A DNA stretch of 64,000 nt from Chlorokybus atmophyticus (Eukaryota > Plantae > Mesostigma and Chlorokybus algae). Both the position numbers and the translations under genes were made by a program. The stretch is taken from assembly GCA_009103225.1 (NCBI GenBank), contig RHPI01000140.1, positions 1 through 64,000 on the forward strand, written 5' to 3'. This document shows, piece after piece, positions 40,037 through 53,414 of the stretch. The stretch's first letter is position 1. Each line of letters opens with the position of its first letter. The notes beneath the pieces are model-generated. The model did not search any database, was not told where the DNA came from, and worked only from the letters and a program-made list of their open reading frames with translations.

Positions 40037-40928
40037 ACTCAGCACTTGTCTAAGTATTGAGTGAGTCAGTAGTCGTCAGAAACCGTTCCCATCATTTACT
40101 TATGGGTTAGCCCATTATGACTGTCTGGTATTGAATCACTCAGTCGGCGTGTATAGCTAGTATATTAAATAGATCAATGCGGTTATTGGTGTTAATGTAC
40201 CACAGGTATTTTAACTACTCACTCCACCCAGATTTGAGCCGACAGTTTATGACTTTTTTATATATTTCTTGCCCCGTCGGAATGCAGCAAGCGTGCAAGC
40301 TCAAGCTAAGCGGGTAGTTAGGCGTGGCGTAAGCGGGCGGGCGGGCGAGCAGGATGGCGGGCTTTGTACATTAACAGTGCAAGCGGCAGCTGGCTTGCAT
40401 CAAGTTCCCAGAAAGCTTGCATGCGGGCTACCATGAGCTGATTGTCGGCCTAAATGTGAAGGGTATGCTGGTCTACCCTGCAATTGCGCTGCTCTACTGC
40501 ATCCGCCCTGCAATATGTTGTAAGTTATGAGAGATGTGGCTGAGTACTTGCTACAGTTGCTGCCCCTCTTACCATCAAGCTGCTTACTGTGTGCATATGC
40601 AATGCAGCTGGTGCATGCACGAGCTCGTAGAGTGTGTGTGCTAAGTTGACCCCAACATTTCATGCTACCCCCGTGTGAAAGGAGCGGCGACATCATGTGA
40701 AGCATGCTTTAGAGTGGGCGTTGCCACATGACGACGATTCTACATGAAAACCATTAAAACTCACAGCTTGAAGACTTGGTTTGCTGCAAAGACCACCCAG
40801 TGGTCTTTACTTAATAGTGGAAGCTTTAGCTTTTCTTTAAGGGGCCCTTGTGGTGTGTGTGCTTTTACGCTAAGCAATGCCTTCCACCTTCATGCAAGAT
40901 GCTCTGCGCATGTTCATGTGGATATGTA

Positions 40929-43202
40929 TGTTAAATGTTCTAGCTTGTTGAAAGTACATGTATAGGCGGCGCCTACATGTAGTTGGTACGACCAGCTTAA
41001 CCTTTATAGTTACGGGAGTTGCGAGAGTTACGGGAGTTATGGCAGTTATGGTCCACTATGATCGACTTTGACTTTGACCATTGAGTAATGTTGACTAGTG
41101 TTGACTTTGACTAGAGTTGACTAGTGCTTGCGAGCATAGTATACAAGACATTGTATACTGCTTAACACAGTGGGTCGCACATTGTCTATAATTGGCGTGC
41201 TTGCTGCACTTGTCCTTAGTGTGTGCACACTTGTATGTAAGCGGCAAATGCACACACTAGGCGCATCACTGGTTCTCAACAGGTTATGGGCCCACACTCG
41301 CTTGTGTGATCGCTTATGCTAGTGAGAGAAAGTGTTGAGCATAGGCACCTACTAGTAGAGTGTTATTGGGGAGAGGGTGAGATGTACAATTGTGTAGCAA
41401 GCAATGGCTGACACAGATAGGATGCCCATTGAGTCCCTTGATCTGCACAACTATGCTTTATAGTCGTTGAAGATAAAGTTGGTGCTGATCCGCAAGAAGC
41501 TCTGGAGTTTTGTCGACCCCACCTCCTCCTCATCATTGCGGCCCAGAACAGGTGACGCTGGTACCTGAACAGAGAACTCACAATCAGCTTTTGCGCTGAT
41601 AGGCTTGCATTTTAAAGACTTCCATCTCCCTCTTATTGCGGATTGCAAGACTGGACGTGACGCGTGGGAGGTCTTCGACACCCTCTTCAGTGCTAACAGC
41701 AACTCGCGCATATTGCAGCTGAGACGCAAGCTGACACTTTTGAAGATGGAGCACAAAGAGCCAATCCAAAAGTTCATCTCGCGTGCAAGGGAGCTTTGGC
41801 AAGACCTTGCAGCAGTGGGCCACGATGTGAAGGAAGAGGAGGTGATGTGGGCATATTTAGCTGGCTTAGGAAAGAGCTTTGCTATGCTGGTGATTGTGGT
41901 GGAGTCCAGATGTGATTTTGAATTTGCTGATGTAGTGCCTAAGCTGCTAGCTGTGGAAGGCGAGTTGGATGTTGAGGAGATAGAGAATGGTGGAGAACAT
42001 ATCGCACTTGCTGCCTCATCTTCTCAACACACACGAAACAGGAGCAAAGCAGGTGGTGGGAAGCCATCACGTGATAAAGAGTGACACCACTGCAAGATAA
42101 AGGGCCACTTCATTCGCGAGTGCCAAAAGAGGATCCACGATGAGGCAACCAAGGAGGAGCACGCCACGATGGCCATTGCTTTCTAGCATTCGTGAGGACC
42201 TCAAGGAGTTGCAGTGGATGGTGTTCGTCCGTCATCTCCCACTGCAAGGGCGCGTGAAGGACATGCGTAGACGGAGGTCGCAGACGCAAAGGTCTATGAG
42301 AGTTACTGCTAGCCTATGAGTAGTTGCTGGTGATGAGCTGCATACACTAGAGTTTGCATTGCTGTGGAGTTGTTTTTAGTAGCACACAGGTGTGCGATAC
42401 TGGTTGGATCACTTCAGTTAATTGGCATGCAAGGACTAGGTTGTATAGCTAGCTAACAGAAGATGAGAGGGGTGCTTTCCTTGGTAGAAGGGTCTGATCA
42501 ACCCTTGCACGGCCTACACTCTGGTACAGCATTGCTAAGGTAGAGAACTCAGTGTAGGTTATAGCATACTTTGCCATTGAGGGAGTCTTTGAAATCACCT
42601 AAGCAAGGTCGGGCGTGGCGTGGTGGAATCTGATGCGACAACTATGAGGAGGAAACAAGGAGTATAGGAACCTTGTAGTCCTATTGGCAGCACAAGGAGA
42701 AGGATGGTGTCATGGAGAGACAAGCATCAAGGCCGTGGGAGCAACACATCGGTGGGAGTATTAAATGAAGTAAGTTAATGTGGGTAAGCTTGCGAGAAGA
42801 ACTTGGAGTTCAAGGTCAAGCTGCTCGCGTGGGAGTGTTAAATGTTATAGGTTGTTGAAAGTACATGTATAGGCGGCGCCTACGTGTAGTTGGTACAATC
42901 AGCTTAACCTTTATAGTTACGGGAGTTACGAGAGTTGCGGGAGTTATGGCATTTATGTTTAACCATGATCAACTTTGACCATGGACTTTAAACATCGACT
43001 AATGTTGACTAGTGCTAACTTTGACTAGAGTTGACGAGAGTTGACTAGTAACATAGTATATAAGACACTATATATTGCTTAATATAGTGGGTCGCACATT
43101 GTCTCTATAATTGGCGTGCTTGCTGCACTTGTCCTTAGTGTGTGCACACTTGTATGTCAGAGGCAAATACACACACACTAGGCGCATCACTAGTTCCCAA
43201 CA
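40929..43202 (+). mobile_element. Gag-only non-autonomous copia-type LTR element (family 2), copy 2
   Basis: LTRs 40929-41281 and 42836-43202; TSD ATGTA/GTGTA; PBS GGTTATGGGCCC at 41282-41293; gag 41404-42186 ending at the same TAG as copy 1; internal region colinear with copy 1. Confidence 0.95.
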
Positions 43203-45885
43203 GTGTATGTGGCATTTCACATGTGGGTGGGTGTGTGGTGAAGTTGGTTTGTAGTTGTATTGGTACCAGGGGCATACCCATTAGATGCCACATGCCTACG
43301 CCATGCTGAGCGAGAGCTTCCACGAGTCTTGGTTCTTAGCTGTTGGCAGACTCTTCAAAGACAATGAACCTCCTTCGCAAAAGCAGCAACATGTGGCAAG
43401 CAGGTGCAATTGTCATATAAGTGCTAGTCTAAGTACTCAGCACATTGGTTTATACATTTGTAATTGGCAGAGCGTCTCTTTACATGGATGTATTGCTATC
43501 AATGCTTTTTTGCTTTGCTTCTAACTGCTTTGTGATTTTCACAATATTTGTAATTATAGCTGCAGAGTATAACAGGTGAACATCGCAAGCTATTGCTTCC
43601 ACCATCTGCCATTGCAATAGCATAATTGGTGCTGCACAACCCATGCATGTCTTGTGCTACTTTCATTGCACTGTTGCAAGTGTATAATAATACGTGTTGG
43701 TGTCACAATGCCCAGGTCTACTGGTTCAAGCTCACAACTTGTTTGTTGGCCATAGCCCGGACTCGACTGTGCACATGCGCAAAGCGAGTAAGCAGTAGTG
43801 GGGTGAACATCGTTGATATGTATTTGCTTGCTGCATGCTTAAACTCATGTGTAGCATCTCATTTATACAGTTGTCACCCTGCATGCTATTATTGCAACAT
43901 GTGCGCGTGTACTAAAAGCACATGTGCGCTCACTTAATGCTAGTCAAACTACTGTGCAAGCCAAGTGCACATGTGCACGCGCGTCCGTGTGCTAAAAGTA
44001 CGTGTGTGCGTGTGCTGCTGTACTGACAATCTCGGGCTGATCCGTGTGCTGGTCTCAAGCTAACCAATATGCAGGGCTATGTGCATATGTGTGCGCGCGC
44101 ATTCTTAAAGCACTTGTGTAGGTGCGCACTAACATGCGTGCGCTGGTTGCTAAACTGCTGTGTTGTTTTACGAGTCTGCAAGTATATGCGCATGTGCTTG
44201 CAGCATGTGTGGATGTGGATATTGGCATGCATGGGCATGCGCAGGTTTGTTATCAAGCTGAAGTTATGCCACCGGTCTACTAGTCTATTCTGGAGCTGAA
44301 GCAGGGGCCAAGCGTGCAAAGCTCGGACAAAGCTGCCACTAGAGCTATTGCAACATTTGTATGTTGCCAGCGTTGTTGCATAGAGTGTAATGGAGTCTTG
44401 TCCATACTAGCTATATTAATAGTACATTTTCATGGCTTGCTTGATTCATATGGTTGTGTTATATCAATGCAACATGTGATCTCTTGACTATGGGCATGTC
44501 AAAACCATGCTAGTGTCAGCATACCCATTGTTTACGTCACACGCCACTGGCACGTGTAGATTACCTTGCTGTTCGCTGGCACAAGATTCCCTTACTGGTT
44601 GCACAAGTGATTTTGTGCACTAATAAGGGAAATGACCCGATTATCGACACTTATGTTTGACAAGCTACAGCTGTCGTTTTGATTAGTGTTTTGTACAGGG
44701 GCAGCAACCATAGTGCTCCTTTTAAAGTGTCTATAGCGGAATGTATATCACTTTGTTTAAATTGACTGAGCTTGACACAATAAGCCACAAGTAAGCACCA
44801 TGTGTAAATCTTGTCAATTATGAGAGCTGTGCTTAATTAGAGTCCGATACTATACATGGTTGGTATAAGTAGTTTGGCGGTCAATTAATATTGTAAACAT
44901 GATTATGCTTCAAGCATGGTCTATTGGCTATAACTACAGGGGGTGGCGCCGGTTGTGTTTATGTTTTAAGGCTTCTCGTGCACCACTCTCATAAGCCAGG
45001 TGCTGTTTGGCGGCGCCTTAAGCACCTACCATGAAAAGTTGAATAACTAAAAGCTAACAGCATAAAGTTAATTGGGACTTGCGGTTAGTAAAATGAGACA
45101 TCACACAACACTCAATTCCCTAACTTGGGCGCTAGCAACATGTGTAAATGGTGCGATGTAGACCTGTAGACCCGATGTAGACCTAGACGTGTCGCTAATC
45201 CGAGTCATTTCCTTGAAAGGAATTACGATTTATAAGTGGCACCAGCCGCTTTGTGCCAGTTTTGAGGGGTCTTAAGTCCGGATTCAGCAGGCAGGTGCAT
45301 GTATATATCTGCACAAACGGTTTTGTGCCACAACTGGCGCAGCCTGCAGGCCCCATGTGTATGCATTATTGCTCTGCATATAGTATGATAAATGCGGATA
45401 GAGAGCATTTACACCGGCTTATTTACTCCCATTGGTGTTTATTGTGTAGGCCTCAATTCACCCTCAAATCTATTGTATTAACTGCAATGACGCATTGTGC
45501 ATGCAAAATGTGCCACATAAGGTGCGTCGCCGTAATCATTTACAGACAAGTGCAGCACCGCAGATACAACCAATGCAAGCAATGCTTTAAATCCATGTGC
45601 AAAGGTAAAGTCGCATGCAAGGGGGGCACGCCTAGAGAAAAGTGCACTCCGGAAACAGAGGTATGTGGTGAACTTGCATAGCATAGCTAGCATGGTATGC
45701 TGGTTATACTGCTACTAAGCATACCTGTGTAGCAAGCACACACCCACCGCTGCTACAGCCAACAAGCGCGTGCATGTGACTAAAGTTTAATTGTGCGGTT
45801 GTCCGTCACATATTTTTTTAATAAGCTCTTTAACCAAGCTGTAAATGGTCAACAGCGCGATATCTGTAGTGACAATGCACTACAA

Positions 45886-45927
45886 CAAGATAACTATATG
45901 CAATACATCATGCATATAGTTATCTTG
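45886..45927. repeat. Perfect 17-bp inverted repeat with 8-nt spacer
   Basis: CAAGATAACTATATGCA-atacatca-TGCATATAGTTATCTTG. Confidence 0.9.
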
Positions 45928-46692
45928 CTCATTACATGCATACAAGCAATACATGTTTGCTGATTACCAGTGTGTAGTAATTGCATAACTACTAAAGGTG
46001 CCACTTTAGTCGTACCAGGCTGAAAAACTATTCCAACACTCTCATGTAAATGCTTTGGTTAACCTTCATCTCGTGCTCGACATGCCCACGCTCGCATGCT
46101 TGTTGTCCAGCTCCTCCGCTTCCAATTGCTTCCACACTTTCGCGTATGCCACCACGCTGTTGATATGCTCCCACTATCGTGCATGCTCTCACATGTTCAT
46201 GTTGATGTTGCCATTTGCTACTGCTATATGCATATGCATATGCAAATTGCTCAAGATATGCCTACAAGCAATACATGTCTGCCTATTATAAGTGTGTAAT
46301 TATGGCATAACTAATCAAGCCAACTGAACTAGGCTACATGCCGGCTTTCATTAATATGCCGCCTTGGTTGCATAATGGTCACGGAACTCACCAGCGCTTC
46401 AGTCACCCACCGCCGCCATTGTGCAATGTAAGCAGTTAAAAAGGCACTGGCAACAGAGATAATAAGGCGGTGCACACGGCATCGTCATTCATGCACACCG
46501 GTGTGAACAATGTCTGCCAATGATTTGCAGACAACCATCACTGCGTTTGGAAGACATTCAAAGCTAACCGCAATTGATGTCAAGAGTGACAGATTAATAA
46601 CATATCGAGATGAAAAGGTGAACAACATAGAGTTACGATTCCAAGATTGTTGGCACCATCTGTTATGGAGTAATATATTCTCATGATAAGCT

Positions 46693-46933
46693 AAATGACG
46701 TGTTGGCCAGTTACGAGCGGCCGTAAACATTCAAGGCTGGGATGCGTGATTGACAGTTTGTTGACGTGAAGCATGTGACGAGGATTGCCGAATGCTAGAC
46801 AACAAACTTAACGTAAGTCAAATGACGTTTTGGCCAGTTACAAGCGGCTTTTAAAACTCCAGGCTGGAATGTGTGATTGTTGATTTTTTAATGTGAAGCT
46901 TTGGATGAGGATTCCCAATCGTAAGACAACAAA
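46693..46933. repeat. Diverged tandem duplication, period 127 bp
   Basis: AAATGACG..GGCCAGTTAC..GGCTGG..GTGATTG..GTGAAGC..GAGGATT..GACAACAAA occurs twice (from 46693 and 46820). Confidence 0.85.
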
Positions 46934-48586
46934 TTGTGAAGATAGCGACTTTAAAAAATGGATCATTCGATTTTATCGAATACTTACGCAGATGTTCTTG
47001 AACTATATAGGATGCCACATATACAGTGCATAGATAATCCATTTACACAACATGAGCCGAGTTCTTCACCAAACACAGGACACACAACATGGATATTTGG
47101 GTCGGAAAGGGAGTTGCCGTGTTGGACCACTTAGAAACGGTAATTGAAGCGAAAAGAGCGAAAAAAACATCAATGTGTATGCGATGAACATCTTACAACG
47201 ATGACTGGACTCTGCTGCTGCCTGTATTGACATAGTAGGGCAGCTTGGAACGATCAAGCTGGTGGACGGCTGGAGGTACCGATGCAGTTTACGCCCATTA
47301 TACCAATGTGACATCGGCGTATAAACCACCAGGCTACGGCAGCAATCGTTGCGGCCTTGAAAGGAACCACATGCAAATAATACATCTCTCATAAGCATGT
47401 ACGTGACAAATGACCTTACTCGTCATACATGTATTCCATTAACGCATATATTCTATCGACAAATTTACTTCCTTGGTGGTTGCGATTTTTAGAAAATCTA
47501 TTACATTATACATAATGGCATTCTTTGGTAGCCTCGAACCACATCATCACATGTAACGTAGCTCTTACGTACAAGTGTGTTATATATATATATATATATT
47601 TATATATGTATATATATTGTAACCTGTATATATGCGTATGTACTTAGTCTATGTTCAAAATATGTATTATCGTATCGAATTATGCTCCTAGCGAGGTACC
47701 CCCCTCCCCTCCCCCCCGGTTACAAAACTGGGCCCCTTGCACGGGCCACCGCATAAGCGACATTTTTATCTCCAGCGCACCGCGTGCACACGGCGCGGCT
47801 TGCGCTAACCGGCTGTTAAACGTTTTGGTCGAGGCCGCGGGGCTTTCAGTTCAACCTAATATATCTCAGACCGGCAAAGCGTAACACCACAAAGGTCAGA
47901 GGTAAGTCACACTGGTTCAATTGAACCTCAATGCAACTGAAGTCATACCATTTACGCCGTTCTGTTTTTGGTTTTCTATTTCACCAATACATCGCATCGA
48001 CTTAGGGACTGGTTATTTTGCGGCGAACAGGCAATCAGCCGGTTCACAGCTCTCAGGCCGGCGACAGCCGGCTGAACGGTAAGCCTCTGCTGTTCCCAGG
48101 CGTTAGATGCGTGAACAGCAGGCACTAAACACTATGACCTCCTACGTAAGCTGCGCCGTTTGACGTCAATGCAGAGCTTGACGAATGGGCGCGCAGAGTC
48201 CTCGCTCGCGCTAACGTAGAAAGCGAGCTTCGGAGTGCGCCACGTCGCGTTGTCGCCAGCAGAGCAGGCGGCGGCTAACCGTACGCTCGCGGTTAAGTGC
48301 TCCGAAACTGACTAGAGGTTGGTTGCGGGCACACACTTAGCCTGATAGCAGTTAGGCTAGCGGGCTTGTGCCCGCCAAAGAGAACCGAGGTTAGCTCTGG
48401 GACGGGTTCAAAGGTAACCACGGTCGGCTACTTTGGCGGCAGTGCGACGGGGACAACCTTAACGCAACAAGGGCGTCTGGGTGCTGCCTGGGTGCAGCTT
48501 AACACTGGTAAATCACAGTGCGCATGCCTGCTCTGAACTGCTCAAGCTATCCGCAATAGGGCAGGCAGTGCGTGGTGTGGGCGGCA

Positions 48587-50964
48587 ATGGCGGCGGCGGC
48601 GGCAATGGCGGCGGCGGCGAGCTGCGCGCGACTGTCGTCGGCATCGCTGTCAGCTCAGAGGGCCAGGAGCAGCAAACTCGCGTATCACGCAAGGGGTTTG
48701 CCTGCGTTGAGGCCCAGAAAGTCGCCTGGCAATGGAGGTGTACGACTCCTCGGCAGCCGCCTGCAGCGCAAGCCCGTTGCCATGGTTGCAGTGCCCCCAG
48801 CCGTGCCATTGCACGAGGAGTTTGAAGACCGACGCAATTCCATGTTTGACGCACAAAACCCCGCGCAGGTAGCTGAGAATTGTGCATGGTGCGATGAGTT
48901 TGCTTTCCTTGGCTGTCGTTGTCGCGCTGCAGACAGTGCTCATTACGAGCTTCTGCACAAGCCGTCGTGCAGATGTTCAACGTCACAGCGTCAGAGGTCA
49001 GAGGACTGGACGTTTGGTGGTGTAACTTGTTGAGTTGAGATAGTCGTCTTGTTACAGCACTTGTCGTTCGTACAAAACGATTGGCACTCCTCGTCCTGTT
49101 CGGTAAATGCCGCAGTCCGCGCTGCAGGCAGTTCTTCAAACTATTTTAGAGTTGCTCCTTATGTCTGTGCATTCTGTTTGTCTTCAAGTCTTACATAGTA
49201 TGCCTCAGTCGTGCTGAGACAAGTTTCTCAGGAGCCCGAAGGTTTCGACCCTGGCGCTGCTCCTCCCTTCGGCCTCACAGACTTGCGCAAAGCGATTCCC
49301 GAAGCATGCTGGCAGAAGGACACAACAAAATCCATGCTGCATATGTTCCGCGACGTTGCCATTGTAGGTGCACTAGCTGCTGCAGCTGCCTTCATCAACA
49401 GCTGGTGGGTGTGGCCCGCGTACTGGATTGCGCAAGGCACCATGTTCTGGGCGCTGTTTGTCGTAGGACACGACTGGTAAGTGTATGATGCCGTGCCAAT
49501 CATGGGCGCTTGTCCCATAAGGATCTTGCAAGCTGCGCTCTTGTGCCGCTGGTAGTGTGGCAATTGCTGAGAGCTTTGTTCTGGTTGCAGTGGCCATGGC
49601 AGCTTCTCTAACAATAAGGCATTGAACAACTTCATCGGGCACTTGACACACTCGTCCATCCTTGTACCATTCCATGGCTGGTAAGTACTGCATAAGTGCC
49701 TCCATAGAATTTCTCAACGCCTTACCTCAACACGCCTCACCTCAACACGCCTCACCTCAACAAGTATTGCATGCACTGACGAATCCATGCACAGGCGCAT
49801 CAGCCATCGCACACACCATGCCAACCATGGCCACGTGGAGAACGACGAGTCGTGGACCCCGGTCAGTCACGGCTGTGCTGCGGACTTGGTAGCATTGTAG
49901 TGCAACTGGCTGGTGCTCATGTTGGGCTCTTGTGACAGATTGCCAAGTCACAGTATCAGAATATGGATGCGTGGGCCAAGGCTGGTCGATTGGCGCTCCC
50001 CTGGTCATTGTTTGTATATCCTTTCTACCTGGTATGTGCAAGCCTGTTGTGCAACAGCAACACCACACATCGCATTGTATCGCAAGGCTTTAGTGTCACT
50101 GACTGATGTGTGTTGTTGCACAGTTTGTTGGCTCCGTTGAGCAGGCAGGCTCGCATTTTGACCCCAACTACAAGCTGTTTGCCAAGAACGAGCGCAATGA
50201 CATTATCGAGTCCAGGAACTGGGTGATTGGTATGGGAGTGATCCTGGCTGCTCTTGCCTTCCTGGAGGGACCTGCCATGCTGTTCAAGACATACATTGTA
50301 CCCTACTGGGTGAGTTGTTGTGTTGCAACGGGGGCTGCAAGCCGTCACATGTTGTGGGCTAGACTGTTTGTGGCAAACATGTCGTAGTAACACAGCTTTA
50401 CTTGACAGAGGTCTGTATTGCTGACGCTGTGTGCGCAGATCAATGTCATGTGGCTTGATGCCGTTACCTACTTGCATCACCATGGACCTGAGGATAACAC
50501 GCCTAGAGTCCCGTGGTACCGTGGTGAGGAGTGGAGCTATCTGCGCGGTGGGCTTTCGACCATTGACCGCGACTATGGCCTCTTCAACAACATCCACCAT
50601 GACATTGGCACGCATGTGGTTCATCACATCTTCCCGCAGATCCCCCATTACAACTTGCTGGACGCGGTAAGCTCGCATGCACAATGCCTGCCATTGCCAC
50701 CTGATAGAAGCAGTTTTTCGCTGCAATTCAAGGAAGTGGCCATGTTTGACTGTGGTTGTTGGTGTGCAGACCAAGGGCGCCAAGACAGTCATGGGCGAGT
50801 ATTACCGCGAGCCAAAGCCATCGCCCGGGCCGCTGCCATTGCACTTGCTCCAGCCTCTCGTTAGGAGCTTCTCCGAGGATCATTATGTTGATGACCACGG
50901 AGATGTGGTGTACTACAAGAAGGACCCCAACTTCAACATCATGAAGCGTGCGATAGTTGACTAA
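48587..50964 (+). CDS. FAD7: Plastid omega-3 fatty acid desaturase (FAD7/FAD8-like), ~461 aa, 8 exons
   Basis: Exons 48587-48868, 49232-49476, 49591-49680, 49795-49861, 49939-50031, 50124-50309, 50439-50666, 50770-50964. All introns GT-AG and in frame. His boxes HDCGH, HRTHH, HVVHH; Ala/Ser/Arg-rich transit-peptide-like N-terminus. Confidence 0.95.
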
Positions 50965-53414
50965 GTTGTGCATAGGCTAACCCTCAAACAGCACCAGCAC
51001 TGTCTGCGCCAGAAGTGATATGCTCGGCGTCATGCCGCTTGCGCTCCTGACTTCCCACCAGAGTTCTTATCAACAGCGCTCTCAGGCCATGCGCACATTG
51101 GCGCTGTAACGGCCTGCAAGGCCTGTTCATTATTTCCTGCTTCATTAGGGATGGTGGTTTTCCTATTGTTTCGGAATTGTTGTTTAGTTCGTATCGGAGG
51201 AATCAATAAATAGAGATTATGTGTGCGTGTATCGGTATTGCAGCTGTAGAGTACTGTTTGTACACGCGCACCATTGGAAGCAAACACTGGCCTCTCGTAC
51301 TGTGATTTGACACACATTTGAGGTACAAGAGCATTGTCATGCAGCTTACTCGCAATGATGAAGTAGCTTGCTTCTTGAGAGGGCTTGCAATATGCATGTA
51401 GTCCTCGGCATATGTCAACCTTTTATCCTACAGTCGTCTATTTGTTGTACAAACAGTGCTGACTGGTAGTTTCAATGCCTCATTGACAAACAGCTGGGTA
51501 CAGCAAGTGCAACCAGCGCTGACAGCAGTAAGCAGCAAATGTTTAGTGAGATGAAAGTGTGTGAAAGTGTGTTACATCAACTACAAGATCACGCGATTCA
51601 GCTGCAGGCAGCAGTCTACTGGAGGGTTGTCCTGATCTCGCATGTGATGTATGTGTGTGCGTGCGCTAGTGCGCTACTGTAGGCAATGCTGGTTGTGTGG
51701 TTGTTAGGACTGACAGCTCACTGGACCCTTGCCCATGTTTCTCCTTAATGTACTAGTTGTTACTCCTCACAACCCGGACGCGAGACTACTCTGTCTGGAG
51801 ACTCGTGCTCTCTTGACACACCCCGCTGACCAGTGTTGGTTTGTGCACAGTAAACAAGTGGACAACAGCCAGCTGTGCACAGGAAAAGCACTCAGGTTTT
51901 CAACTCACAAGCAACTGAACAGCGCCAAATGCTGCCACAGTTAAGGATGAGGCGTTCTGTGCCCAGCATGCCCAGGATCGAGGACGGCATGAATGTTAGT
52001 GTCCACGTGCCGGGGTAGTTGTCCATCTGCAAACAACAACGACATGAGCACTCCACACATTACTTATAAACATGAACATGTATGTGCTTGCCTGTAATAT
52101 GTCTGTTGGTTCCCCGCCCGACACAAGACATCACAATAATGGTGCGTGCACATGTGTGCGCGCGAGCGCGCGCGTGTATGTCCGTGTGCAGGTGTGCGTG
52201 CGTGCGTAAAGCTTAAGAGTGCAAAGGTGTGCGCGTGTGTGCGTGGGCGTGTACGTGTGTGGGCACATGTTTCAGTAAAACTGAACCACATACTGCTGGT
52301 GCATGCGAAGTGGGCAGCCGCGGGATGCAACGTCTCGAACGCCCTCGGCGACCGCACTGTAGTGCATCCGCGCTGTGGACACAAGCAACATCGGTCGACT
52401 GTTGCAAAAGTTGTTGCAGAAGTTGTATACCAGCTTGTGGCGTTGTCAAGGTGCATGTATGCGTGTCGTATATTTACATTCAAGATTGTGTTGTACAGGA
52501 GTGGGCTTCTCGCAGGGGCGGCTCACAGACACACACAACGCTGACACGCTCACAGGGGCTGATGAGAAGGGGTGGGGGTGGGGGGCACGTCAATGAAACG
52601 AACTTGATGACAATGTCACCCCCGACTTCACGACTGTGTCAAACTGCCAAGGCCCAATGTGTGTGTGCATGAGTGTACGTGCACGCATGTGCAGCTCTAT
52701 GTGTGCGTGCATGTATGCGTGTGCATATGCGCGCATGCGTGTGCATGTGTGCACATGCTTATGTGCGCACATGTGTATGTGAAAAACTGAAGAATTTGAC
52801 TGATGTATTCTATGCAATACGTGTTCTGCTTTCCGCTCCATGCTTTGCTCTTGTGCAAGGATGTGACGTCATGTCTCTTGCTGTCTGACACAACCTTCAG
52901 TGACAGTATATATATGACATTTTGGAAGACACAGGTGAGTGTAACTAGGTTGTGTAAGCTCTACCTTGGCCCTCACTTGATGTTGTCCTTGTTTTTGCTG
53001 CCTTGCCTTGTGAATGCTGTTGGCATATTCCCCCACCTATGGGGCCACACGCCTCTCGAGCTTGCCTTGAGCGGCTCTTCAAGAGTTATATTTCAGTTGC
53101 AACTGAGCATCCCGCCATGTGAATCAAGATGTTTATTTAAATGCAAAATCTTTTGCAGTGTCGTTGTGACACCACTTGGCGAAATTATTCTGAACAGACA
53201 ATTGTCGCCAGGCAAGGAGATGTTAGAAACGATTTTGACAACAAATCACAGCACTCACTATTTTACAACAACGTTTTACTAGAAAACATACCAATTGAAA
53301 CATAAACAAAGCGGAAGACAGTCATACAGGATGTACAGGGAAGCGAATACATGGCTCCAAGCTTGGCAACTCTCGGCGTGCCATGACCCATACACGGATA
53401 CATCGAGATGCACC

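Noticed and set aside
42187-42835. Residual pol or hidden ORF in the gag-only element spacer
   Set aside because: No protease, integrase or RT motif, and no frame conserved between the two copies that I could detect.
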